A stretch of 64,000 nt of DNA from Lama glama (taxonomy: Eukaryota). The notes beneath the pieces were generated by a model that was not told where the DNA came from, did no database searches, and worked only from the letters and a program-made list of their open reading frames with translations. A program made the position numbers and the translations under genes. Numbering within the stretch: the first letter of the stretch is position 1; each line of letters begins with the position of its first letter. Shown here one piece after another: positions 23,615-37,925 of the stretch. The stretch spans positions 20,586,001 through 20,650,000 of the forward strand of contig CM052832.1 of the NCBI GenBank assembly GCA_028534125.1, written 5' to 3'.

Positions 23615-26600
23615 GAAAATTGTTCAAGACTAGCACTGATAGGGATGAAAAGATAAGTGATTTAATTTTTATGAAATCAGGTATGAGTGGTGGCAATGAC
23701 ATTAGAATGAATTTCTTTTCATGAGTCTATTTTTATCAATTCACACTAACCACAGGGGAAAAAAGATTTTTCAAAAATACAAAAGCTATTAACAATTTGA
23801 AAGCATTTAACAATTTTACATCTCAGGTATACTTCCAGAATTAACTTAGATCCTAAATAGGACAAAAATTGACTTCTACTTCATCTGAAAACAGAGCATT
23901 TTTCAACTGTCCAGGTCTTTTTCTCTTAAGACAAGTCATGTAAATTTAGTCCAAGAATATATCGACTGCCTCCAGTGTGAAATTTTTCATTCACTGGACT
24001 TTTATTAAGGACTCTGTCTTTGTCAGAAACATACTTTTAAAGTGCAAAACAATCTATATCTAGACTCTTAACACAAGTCCCAGAAATTTAATAAATGTAT
24101 AAGAAAGGTACACAATTTGTCTCTAATACAGATTCAATTTTCTTTTGAACTCAATTGGGGCTTTCTATCACAGGGTGTTTGGCTGGATTTAGGATTCTCA
24201 AGTTACTTCTTTTTAGGTTATTGTCCAATGCTCGACCTTTCTATTTAGCGCCAAGCATTCTCCAGTAAGTTCTATTGACTTAGATTTAGTGCTTTCTTCA
24301 GGGCATTTGAGAGAAGTTCATTCCTTTATACTCACAGTTTAAAGGATTTCCAAACAAGGGGTTTTCTTTCTTTCTGTTAGTGTGAGTTTAACAGCTCTTT
24401 CTAAATCTTAAATTTTGTGAAATGTTTATTTAGGCTGAAGGTAGTATTTAGCTGATGAGCTAATGAGACTCTTAATGTACTAGTCTTCCAACTCCCTCTT
24501 TGAAGGGAAAGAGTGAGCTCCTCTAGAAGACTATGAGAATAAGTAAGCTAAAAAGGCCCTTCCAGGTCATCTGTTTTGGAGATTTTCTTCTCTGGCTTCA
24601 GAGTTGAAACCAAATCAGTAAAATGGGGACTCACTGAATCCATATTGGGATTTACCCAATCACCAGAGGATCACTGCCTAACCCTTAATGAGATAAAAAG
24701 GAACTCCTTGCCTTGTTACACAGACAGATCAAATTTTTGTCCTTATCTGGCCTCTCAGAACAGAAAGTAACACAAGAGTTCCACAGTTAGTGTTGCTTAG
24801 ACTGAGTTGAAAGGAAAGAGTTCTGTGATCAAAGAAAGGAAAAAGTTAGGTCAAAATTATACAGACAGGAAAACTCAGACTTCTGAACTCATGGTAATTA
24901 GCCTAGAGTTCAGAAGGTATAGTGATAAAAATCTTGACCAGGAAACCATAAATAGGGCGAACGTGGTAAGTTTTCAACCCAGAGAATTACAACTGTGGAT
25001 TCCTAAAGGAATTGGCTAGACAAAACCCGAGCAAGAACTTATTATTTTGATTTTTCAAAACCAGACAACCAACTTATTTGCTGCCAAAAGACAAAGGTCA
25101 AATCTTCAATGATAATATGGGCTTAATTCTGTCACTGATTCAGTGGTGCCTTTTAGATGTAATCTTTTGAGTTTAGTCTTCTACATAGTAAGTACAAGTA
25201 TCGGGTTTGCCAAAGCTATGTGTTCTTAATCAGTGAGGGCATTTAGACATTTCAAAATGAAAATGAATAGGAACAAAATATCAAACATGATTTAAAGTTA
25301 GGTTGCAGAGTTTCTTGAAAGATGCCAGGTACTAACGAAAAAGGAACTCATGCTGTCACACACATTCGCATTAATTGTAATCGAACATCACTTATGTCAC
25401 AATCCAATCCATCATTAGTGCTATAGGGAATTCTCAGGGGGATAAGGAAGACATGTCAGTGGCTCATTCATAATTTTAACATGCAAAAAATAAAAACATC
25501 TTTATTATTTTTTCAGTGTAAACTATTTAAATAATTCATTTAAGGGAAATTTTTCATCATAAATTCGGTAATAATTTTTTCAATTGGGCACTGAGAATAA
25601 TGAATCAGTCAACAAAACAGTCTGCTATTGCTAATCTCTGACAGGATGACATACTGGGCTGTATTTAAAGCACTGCATACCATTTATAAAACAGGATTTA
25701 TGTATAATTTGTTATGTTCTGACTAAACAAATGCCAGTAGAATACATAAGAAAATAGTTCCTGCCATCCTCTGGGATCAGTTATCTCAAGAAAAAAAACT
25801 ATTCATGCTGGCATGAATGCAGCCATCTTACTGTAATTATGTCTTTCAAATGTCATTGAATCAGAGACGTGACCAACTGCCTTGACCTACAATCTAGTTA
25901 AGCTGCATTATCACTGCCAAACCCCTGTTTTAGAATTCTTTCATTTTGCTAGTTTAATGCATCTTTGTTCTTTGTATACTGACTAAAAAGTTGTGTTGTC
26001 CATCACTGCATTAAAAAAAATTTAAGTCCATAAAAAATGAAAATGTCAATCCATCATTTGGAAAGTAAAGGTGGTAAGAGGGCATCTGGCTTTCTCAGGG
26101 CAACATGGAAAACCTAAGGAGTGAAAAGGAGAAACGATCTGGCAGAAAATCCATCCTGTAGCCTGAAGAAGGGAGCTATCTATTTTGTCTAAATCAAAGT
26201 GAAATGGCAAGGGAAAAGTCAGAAGTAATACTCAAAATACTAACAGACACAGCACAACAAATACGACCACCAACCAAGAAGAATGGATACGAGTTATGGT
26301 TGGACTAGGGTCCCATATGTCTCCTGATGTGCCAGGGCACCACCCTTCAGTTGCTGAGTAAGATGCACGCCTGGGAGTCCTAAGAGAGGGCCCAGAAGAG
26401 CTGAGGAAAATGAGGAGCGCCTGGAGATGAAGGAGGTCTGGGACACACAGCTCATTACCAACTGCTGGGAAGGATCTCACTGTTTTAGCAACTGATGTGC
26501 TCACACTGGTTCGTACCATCTGAATATTAATCCTAACACAAATCCTGATTTCACTAAAGTCAGACCTGGATTTCCAGACCAGAAAACTGCAGGTTCTAAA

Positions 26601-28709
26601 GAGCAGGAAGAATATGTTGGTAACACACCCGTGGAGAGTGGGTGACATGTCAGTGAGAAGTTATCATCATTGGGTCCAAATACAGGACAGCAGGACCTTA
26701 CACCTGGGTTGAAACTGGTTAGTACAGCTCCTCTTCCTGGCCAGGATCTCCAGGGCAGAAGGAGCTCAAGCAAGTAGTCAGGCCTGGAAGTGGGGAGTAC
26801 TGAGTTCGAGAACATTCCTGCATTCCTGGCTGGTTTGCATTGGGACACCCAAATCCCAGATGGCAGAGCATGACTAATGTGACATCCCAGGAAATAACTG
26901 GTCTAGAATGAATTTAAATATGCCTTATCCAGATGGTTCAGGTATCCAGGGTAAGGCCAAGGCCTCAGATGTGGAGGTCAGTGTATCCAGTTATGAAAGG
27001 GTGATGAAGGTAGGGGCTGAGATATGGTTTGATCGATTTTCATTGGCCTGTAGAAGTTATCAGCAAACCCCTTAAAAAGCACCTATGCCTGCCTCATCCC
27101 AGAAGATTTACAATATTCATTCCACAACAGACATTATCCAAAAGAATAGATACAATAGCATATATACTGAAGGATTATTCTGAGCCTCAAATGAGATTGT
27201 TATAAAATGTCAACCCTGATACATATCAAATACCTTCTAATTGTTACAGAATATATATATAATACATGTATTATATATAAGTATATATTCATCTAGATGT
27301 TTAATAAAGAGATTGCAAGTATATGTGTATATATTTAGAAGTCCATACAGAACTTCTAAATATGTCATTCATTGAGCTAAATTTTTTAAATGCCATTTAA
27401 GAGAACATATTTGATGAAATATGCATATACTGGCAACGCGGCAGTCCCTAATTGAGTAATTCCTAGGCTCTATGCCTTTGCATCATACTGTCTACATACA
27501 TTAAACATGGCAACACTGTCAGTATCACTAATTCTGCAGATAATGTGGGCAGTGTTGCATGTCATTCAACTGACAAACAATTGGCAGGTACCTTTTATAA
27601 TAGCAAGATGGATTCTTGTATGGGATGTGTTGATTGCTTATGTCAGTCCCTTTGAAATTTAACAGCAGTTGTAATTAGAGCTGTAAATCTCTCTAAACTA
27701 TAATTAGATTACTATTTATACCCATTGCCCCCCCCCTTTTTTTAGCAGCCTGATATGCTACTATGGAGTGAGAAAGGTGCAGGGTTTTTTGGAGGGGAGT
27801 GGGGTGGTGTCAAGTGGGAAATATGGTTTCTTTAAAACAATAATCACTGTTATGAATTATCTGCATGCAGCTTTGTAAGTTTAAATACTGAGTCCCATGG
27901 AGAGATAGCTACATAATCTGTAGTCTCTGCAAAGAAAGCATATTCTCCAAAGCAGATCTAGTCTTTTCATAGGTTTCCCTAAGGTAGATCATACAATCGA
28001 CAGTTATACCTCTCTGTATACATGAGAACAAGATGAACCTAGATAATGTCTGAGTTATAGAAAACTGGGCTCTGTATTTTACATCTCACTAAATCACAAT
28101 TTCCTCTGAAAGCATCCTGTTGCTACTTCGGTAATCCAGTGAGACTACAGAATAATGGTGGGAAATACACTGCTCACTTAGGATGCTGTGATGTTGCTCT
28201 AGGCAGTGGATGGGTTCTCAACTCTTTACCCTTCTCTTCTCAACCTTCTTACAAGTGCTAAATAAAGACAGATTGTTTTCACATTAAGGGATATTTTTAT
28301 AATTAACCCTAGACTTATCATAACCAGTGACAATATTATGAATCTGGGCAAGAAGTAAACTATATGCAATCTGACACTTGGGTTGTACTGAGTTTCCAAT
28401 CCTCCCCTCCAAAAAACTTTAAAAACCTGGAGTACATTTTATCCTCTTAAGTTAAACAAGACAATCAATAAATGCAGCCAACTATGCTGGCATTCTTTAT
28501 GTTCATTTCCATTTCCCCATCTTGAAAATGAGAACATTTTACTAGATCATCTTTACAGCATATTCTTGCTCTAAAACCTGATTATTATCTCTAAAGTCTG
28601 CAAACCCTTATTTCCAGATTTAAGATGTGGTGAAGTCTTTCAGCTATTTTAAGCAAAGGAGCTATCTGTGATAGGATTTCTCCATAGCTCAATTACAGCA
28701 GAGGTTCCA

Positions 28710-28865
28710 AATACTGACATAAAAATGTAAATCATAAAAGTACTAGAAGAAAACATACATTTATTTCTAAAAATAGAATCTTAGTAAAGAGAAAGCCTTT
28801 CTAAGTGTGGCATACAACTCAAAAAACATAAAAGGAAAGTTGCCAAATGTTATAATATAAAAAAA
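28710..28865 (+). mobile_element. Old L1M ORF2 fragment
   Basis: cataaaagtactagaagaaaacat...gaaagcctttctaag. Confidence 0.65.
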
Positions 28866-30499
28866 GCTGCATTCTAAAAATGGACTGTGGAATGTTAAGG
28901 CTTAGTGTTGGTTTGATTCTGGGTAGAGATGTCACACATGGATCATTAAAGTGTTCGAATTTGCTATACTTAGAATCTTAGAACCACTCATCAATACAGC
29001 CATTAGCTGTGAGATGTGTTCAATGCAATTAATTATTAATAACAAAGAATCAAAGTTAGTGTATGATATACATGTTTTAATACAAATAGAGCAATGATAA
29101 GAGTACCTGTATATTTTTATTATCATACACTTCTATCCTTCTATACCTAACTTTCCCTAAGGAAAAATGTGAGAAAGTTTCAGCTAGGACATTGGGAATT
29201 TCACTTCAGAAAGTATTACCAAAGTAAATATCATTCAACTTGCATATCATGATGAGGAAAAAAAAAAAACCTAGCTGAACGCTGTTGCTTCAACACATTG
29301 TCCTGAGTGAATTCACTTAACACGAGGGAGGTTTTAAATCTAACAAGATTTGCCCACACTCATTCTATGAGAAGAATGCTTACCAGGTCTGCTGACACTG
29401 GGTTTATTTGGTACTCATTCAGCTCAGAAGATATGCATACAAATAAACACCTCATTTTGCATTAGGCATGTTTCTGGAAATCTTATCACTACCTGACCCA
29501 GTTCTATGTGATGTCATGACAGTATATTCCCTAAAAAGATGCATTTTGTCCAGCCATAGATGCTCCCAGGTATAGTTCATACAGTACCAGGCAAATTTTT
29601 CCAGGCTGCAGTGATATGAATGAAGCACTTTGTAATGTCACTGAACTTCTACCAGTCCCTTATTGTCTACTGATTGTTCCCTCCACATAATGGGCCATTT
29701 CTTGAAGGTATTTCACGTTACTAGGAGACTTGAATAATAACAACCATGCTGCTAATCTCTTTGTTGTAAGTTCAGCACTATTATTTTTATCAAGTTAATA
29801 GACCAAAACTGCCAAAACATAAATCATTGGCAGAAGGAGAGGCCACAGCAGGATAAACAAAACTTATTGCAAAACATACTTAACTCAGAAAATCCTTGAA
29901 AGTACTGACTGGCTGTGAGTATACAAACAGAACTTAGGGATTGTTGGGGGGTCGGGGGTCAGAAATAGCTATGATGTAATGTAAATAGATGTATAAACAT
30001 ATTTATACATGTAAAAATGCCATATAAAACATTTATACTTAACATGTATATACTTTTTTAGAAAAGAACACCATTTTAATAAATTCATCTTGTGTATGGC
30101 ATTTTTAAAAAGATACTTATCTTCAGTAGCACCCAAAGAACTCTATAACTGTAACAAAAGGATTGAGTATGAGATGTTGTAATGAATTATATGCAAACAG
30201 TAACCAGTTAATTTTAGTATAAAATAATTAATAGTACTCCACAAATAATGAATAGCAGGTGGATGATATTAATTTTTCCTCTCCTTAAAATCCTTAAGTA
30301 GATGTGTCTTAAAGAAAATTTCAAATAGGATTATCCATGTATAATACTTTGACATCCTGGGTTTTCATTAAAATAATCTGAAAAATCCATGTAGATGGTA
30401 CAGGTAGGAATATTTTTACCTAAGAATCTTTTTGATACCAATCAATCACATTTATTGAAAATACCTAATACATATTATCACTACGTACACTTTGATTGA

Positions 30500-31075
30500 C
30501 ATTTATATGTGAGTATCTAATGGTCATCTTAGGAGGCCACATAGCAACTTGGCAAAACCAAAACAAATGACCCCTATAACCAGCTCTCTTTCTCTCTCGA
30601 TATATGATACCACCGTATTCCAGGTTGCTGAAGCCAGACCAGAGTCATCTCTGGTTTCATTGTGTCCCCACTATGCAATCTGTCAGCAAGTCCCACGGAT
30701 TCTGTCTTCAAAATATAATACAAATCTGTTCATTTTCCTCTAACTGAGCTGCCAGCACCATAGGCCAAACCACCATCATCTCCTTCTAGATTGCTCCCGG
30801 AGCCACCTAACTGGTCTTGTTCTTTCTGTCGTTGCCTTTCTGTAATCTATTCTCCATACAGCAGCCCAGTGATCCATGAAGCATAAATCAAGTCATGTCA
30901 CTCCCCTGCCTAAAATCCACAAGTAGTTTTCCATGACAGTTAAAACCGAATCTAAACTCCTTCTCCAGCCCAAAGGGGAACTGCACAGACCGACTGCTGC
31001 CTACGATATCATGGTAGATATTCCCCTTCACTTTTCCTTGGTAACACTTTCCCCTCACTTCTTCTGAGCAACAAC
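30500..31075 (+). mobile_element. L2 3' body
   Basis: aatctgtcagcaagtcc...ccaaaccaccatcatctcc...tctattctccatacagcagcc...catgtcactcccctgcctaaaa. Confidence 0.85.
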
Positions 31076-31379
31076 AGTAAAATATGAATTTTGCTATCAC
31101 AAAAGTCTTCATTTCTTCAGAAAAGGCAAAATCCACCTGCCTATCTATAATTTTCCAACTTCACAAAAATGTTAGAGGAGAAATTACCTGTGAACTAACG
31201 AGCTACATAGGTATCTTTTTCTCTGAGTCAAGAACTTTAAAAACACTTGTTTTCCCCCAGAGGATGCTCTTGGACAGCACTATGTTCTATGTGCTTTTTA
31301 AGTTTGATCACTCTAAGTAGAGCTGTAATGTCTATGTTGCCTTATCAAAACCCCTTTTAAAAACATTTGCTTCTTGTCT

Positions 31380-31665
31380 GTTTTTTCTTTTCCTGTCCAG
31401 CTTTATCAGATATAAATAACAGATGACATAATGTAAGTTTAAGGTGGATGATGTGATGATTTGATATACGTATATATTGCAGAATGATTACCACAGTAAG
31501 GGTAAGTTAACACATCAGTCACCTCACAAAGTTAACTTTGTTTCTTTGTTGTCTGTCTGTCTGTTTGTTTTAGGGGGGGAGCTTTTGGTGAGAACAATTC
31601 AGATCTAGTCTCTCAGCAAATTTCAACTATACAACACAGCATTATTAACTATAGTCACCATACTG
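31380..31665 (-). mobile_element. L1MA9/10-like 3' UTR end
   Basis: gtttaaggtg...tatattgcagaatgattaccacag...tctcagcaaatttcaa...ttattaactatagtcacca. Confidence 0.85.
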
Positions 31666-34600
31666 ACCACTTCTGTTACATCACCATACTAGACTATTTT
31701 TTTTTAAAACGTGTCTGCTAAAAGCAAAGGAAGTATTACTTTTAAATGGACAAGCCTCACCACTTTATTCTTTACTCACTGCCCATCCAACACATCAAGT
31801 TTTAGTCATTCTGTAGTAACCTGTTTTAACAACACTAGAAAGTTCACTTGTTCGGAGTTGATTTCTCTTATAATCCCTGTCTTGAGAAAGTAATTGTTTG
31901 ATAAGAGAAAGTAAGTATCTTGCTGCTTTGAATCTACCGTATCTTTTAGGTTTCTAAGTTTGGGAAAATCAAAAAAACAAAACTCAAGTGTTTGATCAAA
32001 GGTATCTTCTTGGTTCTAAGGAGGAAAAAGAAACTTATAAAAGAAATCCACATAGATTAAGAAGCTTGCTGGATACCCAAAAGATCTTAGCAAACATTAT
32101 TTTGATGAGTTAAGTGTCAATGAATCACAAACACATGGACTAAATTTCCCTCAAAGAGCACAAAGATTTAAAATGGAAGAAGCAATGGCTTTTGGAAAAA
32201 TATATTATGGTTTCTACCACAACCCAAACATTTACGTAATAACCTGAACTGTTTCACAATCTGAAAGTACATCTGGATTCATCCAACTCTATGAAGTTTT
32301 TTTTCCCCCCAATAAATAAGTGCTTTGGAATCACTTAGAGTAGTTCAACACGCAGAAATCTCTCCTTTTTCTCATCAGAAAAAATTTCCTGGTCTTCATA
32401 TATACAAAAGATCTTTGCTATATCTAGTATATAAACCACTAAACATTTTTAAAAATATATGATCAAGGATGCCTATTCACTTATTCTAAAAAAAGATAAT
32501 ATACACACATATGCAAACACCTACTAGAGACAAAGCTCAACCTTTGAAGGAGATGAATAGACAGGTACTACTCTAAAACACTGGGCAATGAAAAAAAAAT
32601 CATACAGAGAAAAATTAAGGGTAATTTGACAAACTACCAGATTTCAGAATTTGGACAATTTTGTTTAAATCTGAAAGAAGTGTCGATGTCAACTGTGTAT
32701 AGCAAACTTAGGGAAAAAACTGGTTATAGTGGGCTAGATCACGAAATACAGAGGGTTGCCAGAAAGAATTAATTTGACATAAATAAATTTTGCCATAGTT
32801 TTTCCAAAAACTAAACAAATTTCCCTTTCCCTCAGTGCTAATGCTTTCTGGAGTTCTAGAGAAAGACTTTGTCACTTTATGAGCCCGTAGCTCATCTGGT
32901 TCTACTGAAATTCCTTGGTGGGGTAGACTTAGTGAGCCTTGAACACTCTGAGCTTTCAGCTTCTTCTGGGATGACCTCAAGAATGGAAAATAGTATCATC
33001 TACTCTCACTCATTCAAACATTATAGATCCATTTTCATACAGTATTTGCTTTTGTTTTTCCTTTTTTTCCCCCAAAGAGTTTCTGGCCATCTTTGTGTTC
33101 TTTGCAAGAAATATACTGTATTTTGAAATATGGCAACAATGGAAGATATAATTGTTATTTATAGGCCTATCAATCTCCCAATCTACTGGAATTCCAGGAT
33201 AGCAGGAGACCATTTTTTATTGTCTCACTGCCCATTTTACTGTGCCCATGACAAGAAAATAATAAAAGGCTTTTGAAAGTAACCTCAAATCAGCAAGCTG
33301 TGGTAAGAGAATTATATGTTTTCTTGGTTGTTTGTAAACACAGTTATGCAGGGAACAAGACAGTTGCATCACTGTCTATTTCCCACACCTACTTCTTCCC
33401 TTCCTTTCTTTCCTTGCCTTCCAACATCAAAGATAGACATTGACCTTCTTGTATTGTGCCTTCCCGTAAATCCATTCTTTATAGACAAATCCATTCATGG
33501 ATCCACGAGAGCTTAAGGTCTGTACTGCCACTCTAATTTTACTCTCATTTGTTAGGCAAAGGGTTTGAAATATCTACTATAATGAATTCCTTGTCTTATG
33601 TCCATGGAGAAACTTGAAGTTAATCCTACTTAAAGTGCTATCTAGTAGGGTTTTATTCAAAAGATCTTCATATTTGTCAAATTAAAGACTATATTTCAGA
33701 TTTTTTTTTCTTTTAACTACTTAGGTGTTAGCCCACAAACCAGAAGCAAATCTAATTTCTGTCTGGAAGAAAGTTAATTTCCTAATGAAAACCTGTTTTC
33801 CCAGCAATTCTAATGCTGCTAAACTTCAAATCATTAATTAGAATGGTGTTTAAATTTTGTTAATCTGTTTCTATTTTTAAAAAAGCTGAATTTGAGAAAT
33901 CATAAAATACTAGGAGAAAGGGTTAACAATTTGTAAAGTTAGGCCATCCCCTCGGCAATTTCATGCTGAAAAGTTAGCAATTGCCAACAGAAAATGATTC
34001 TATTGTATATAAACCAACACAGAGGTTCCACACACAAATGTCTGTTAGTTGATTGTGGACATATTTCTGTGTCTGCCTAACTTTACTAACACACACCCTG
34101 GACTTACTCTCCCTGTTCATACACACAGAGAATTAGGGTAACAAATAATGAATGCCATTTTTACACAGTTTTATTATTAGAGAATGTAAAGGTTAACCCT
34201 TAATTCTAACCAGTCTTATTTCTCTAATTATAATAGCATGTTTGAGGTGGAAAATTAATTTGAAATGTCAATAGGTTAATTAGTTAATTAGGGAATTTTC
34301 CCTGGGAAAACCTCAAGAAGAAAAAAAGACAAATACTGGTTAAAAATCAAAGAAATCTCATTTTAATTTTAAAACAAAATTTTAATAAATTTGTTGACAT
34401 AAATTAAACACACACCTTTGTTTTTTCACTTTGTTAATTAACTATTAGAATTCAAACAAGCAAGCCAAATAGTTACACCTATAGGTATTAGTTCAAAGCA
34501 AAATACAGTACAGAGAAATGCAAATCAAAGCACACTTCAAAGGAAAAAATACTGAAATAGGGTTAACGACCATGTTTCAGGTAGAGACGAATGTAAGTAG

Positions 34601-36589
34601 CTCACCGTTGAAGTATACAAAGTTCCTCTTCAACCGTGTTCTTAAGTTTACATACACACATATACACATACAAATATGGAACTACACATTAAATATTAAA
34701 ACTACACATCAGAAATTTGGAATTTAATTCTCTCCAGATGCTTATGCTTTTATCTGACCTCCTGGTTAAGCAACTCATTAAGAGTTGAGTAGACAGCTGC
34801 CCCACACCACACGCACTATAGACTTCAAGAGAAAGCGCCTCTTCCAGGGATTTTCAATCTAGAATGTAATCGGCCCTGCTGATTTCTCCTGGGATATACT
34901 AATTTGATCCAGGCATTGAAGATCTAAGCAAGCCCAGGTATAAGGCTTTGAAAGACAGCAAATCTCTCCCACAATACACATGCCTTGATTTTCCTAAGTA
35001 TAACATATTCTTGTGATTATCAACTGTAGTACATTTTTTCCCCTTTAGTTATATCGCACACCTTCAACTATTTTGCAACTTCTTTCAGATATTTTAGGAA
35101 ATGGACATTAAGAGACCTTTGTTTTGTGTTAGTAAATTTTTAAAAAAATCAGACATTCTACTGTATAGTAGGGGCCTATAATTGGAAATATCACCATCTG
35201 TTAGCACCCAAGCTACTTATGAACCTATCTGTTCAGTTAAAATGTTAGCTGTCTATTGAATATGAAGATGCCATGTGAAGAATCATGGCCATTTCTGTGT
35301 TTCTAATGCTCATGAACATTCATGGGAGAAATAAAACTTTTAAACTAAATCCATTGTTCTTTGTTACCTAGTTATTCTGGCACTGAGGAACAAAAAGCAG
35401 CTTGCCCAGTTACTGACACGTAACTCCGAAGCTCTGCTGGATCTAGATTCTTTGAATAATTCTCAAAATAATAACGCATATTATTTCCTTGAAATGACTT
35501 CTAACACTGGATTTTCATTTCTATGTGACCTCTGGAAGATGCTAAGATACGTTAAACCAGGTGGAATTCAGCAAACTACTACATCAGAAAGGCCTTGGCA
35601 ACAACTTAAAACCATGGGTTATCTTTGAAGTATCATTCATAGCTATTAGCTTAAAAAACTCTCATCATTAAATAACTTTTTTATTCAAGGTATCTCCTGG
35701 CCACAGAATATTTAAGCAGAGTATCATTTTTTCCATCCTGATGATGACTGATTTGTTAGAGCCCTCCATTAAAAGGTGATTACTCAAACTATGTAATTCG
35801 GTAGTTTTTCTATAGAGTCAAAATTAGAGGCATGCAATCCTCTTTCATGCCTCAAGGGGAAGAAGCAAACTTCTGCTCGTTAGTGGTAATCCAATAAAAA
35901 CAGGTAACAATATAGTTGTGTATGACACAGAAACTATGAGAAAGCACCTCTCCTGTGATAAAAATCAGCTGAGAAAAGGAGGCACAGTGCTATTGATACC
36001 AGCAGAAACTGCATCCCTTCTAAAAGCTCATGAAACTAAGAATGTTTAAATATATTAATTATTGATACATAGTCATCGGCCATTTGAATTGAATATTGTA
36101 CACAATTATTTTAATTATCATGTTCAAGTAAATCTTAAGAAATGCTCTTTTCTTCTACTTATGTATGAAACATCTGTACATAATTAGTAAATCCATAGCA
36201 TAACAATATATCAATCACTTATAATTCATGAAGCATATTTACATTAACTCCAATTCCAGTTTTATAATATTTCATGAACAATATTTATGAGCAAGAAAAT
36301 AAGAAGTGATGTAAAATGGTCCTTATCCTCAAGAATCTGGGGTAGTCTCCATAATCCACTATAAGAGTCTATGCCTTGGCTTTCTTAATTTTGGTAAAAG
36401 CCAAGTGTAAATAAAACAGTTGGATGCTGCACTGGACAGGTACAAATAAGAAGACCATATCTGCTTCCATCTGCAAGACCATGAATAATATTTTGTGTTT
36501 TGCTGACAAAATAAGAAACAAACATAAGTTGGTGGTATATGTTGTACCTGTATCTCTTTAAAAAACACATGCCTCGAAAGATCGTTGGG

Positions 36590-36700
36590 CCTATCGTGAG
36601 AGTTATTTAAAAGGACTAAGTGACTTAATGTTTGTAAAGCACGTAGAACAAAGCTTGGCTTGGTACGTAGTCAGATCTCAATAAATACAAGCTGTCTTTA
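36590..36700 (+). mobile_element. MIR 3' part
   Basis: taatgtttgtaaagcacgtagaaca...ctcaataaata. Confidence 0.65.
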
Positions 36701-37664
36701 TGATCATTACAAGGCAGAGACTACAAAATCATTTCACCTAAAGCAATTCTGTTTTGCAATAAAGGCCAAAATGGTACCATGGAAATCAGAACCTAGGGGA
36801 AAGGTCCATATGTATTGTAGAAACATTCTTAATACACATCTCTCCCTCAGGAGCCTAACTTAATACATAAGGGGACAATAGTCTGGCTCTTAACTCTGTC
36901 AAAGTCTATCAGGAGACATTACTTTCATATCACACATGACAGTTCACCAGTGTACAAAGACTCGGGTCCCCAAAGGACAGCGGTCTGATAGTGTAGTGAA
37001 TAAGAACGCATACCCCACTGACCTTCTGCTATAAAACAATTCAGCGTGGGTCAGAGGAAAGGAATAGAATTTTCATGCAGACTTCATGAAGTGAACTTAT
37101 CTTGAACCCATGGAAATTTTTGAATTTCATCTCAAGAATCACAGCATAACAGCACCACTTTAGGAATTTTCATTAACCATTCAGCCTGTACCCTCCTTTT
37201 AAAGCAGTTATTGGTGTATTATTTATGACGATCAGCTGGCATCAAAAAATGCCCTCCACTGGAGCTGGCTGACCTCGATTTAAAAAGCTAAAATCGAAAT
37301 GCTAGGGAGAAAAAGTCCCCAGAGCCCAATGCAGCAATACAATTGCTTTGACTTTAAGTTCAGAGATTGTGGCCAAAGCAAAGACACAGTTATGTTAGCA
37401 TCTTCTAAAGAAGGGATTCCCCATTTGACTCTGGACCTAGGTCTTTACTCCTGACACGGTTCAAAAAACCCTGCTTACAATTATTTTCAACCTAACAGAT
37501 AACATTCTAAAAAACTCAAAATTAAAACACAAACAAGCCAAACATTCTTATCTTCCCGACTAAGAAGATAAGAGAGTAAGACTACGATAGAGCAGAAAAG
37601 GGAAGGAAGCATAAGGTGCTTAATATTTTTTAACATCTAATATCTGCAGAAATCCTGACAGGCA

Positions 37665-37795
37665 CATACACATGTTACTGTATGAAACTCTCTGAAACAG
37701 CTTCCTAAAAATAACATCACAACCTTGTTTTAGAAATCAGAAAACTGAGGCTCAAATAGATTCAGCAACATAGATAATTTCACAGAGCTAGCTTG
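37665..37795 (-). mobile_element. MIR fragment
   Basis: ttttagaaatcagaaaactgaggctcaaa. Confidence 0.6.
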
Positions 37796-37925
37796 CAGCT
37801 TGCGTCTTGGGTTGAAAAAAAAGAAGTGGAGCATCCACCCCTAGTTGTTCTAGCAAGCAGATCCATCTTTGGAAAGTCAAATCATCCCTCTGGGCCTATT
37901 TGCTCACCTTTAAAGTGAGGAGGTC

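Noticed and set aside
26290..27000. GC-richer block with 138-aa and 115-aa minus ORFs
   Set aside because: No recognisable protein. It may be an ancient LTR or other repeat, but I could not assign a family.
34603..34638. Hairpin caccgttgaag...cttcaaccgtg as a pre-miRNA
   Set aside because: Stem too short, and no mature miRNA sequence recognised.
34757..34925. Possible minus-strand coding exon
   Set aside because: Manual translation gives stops in each frame or no matching splice pair; peptide unrecognisable.
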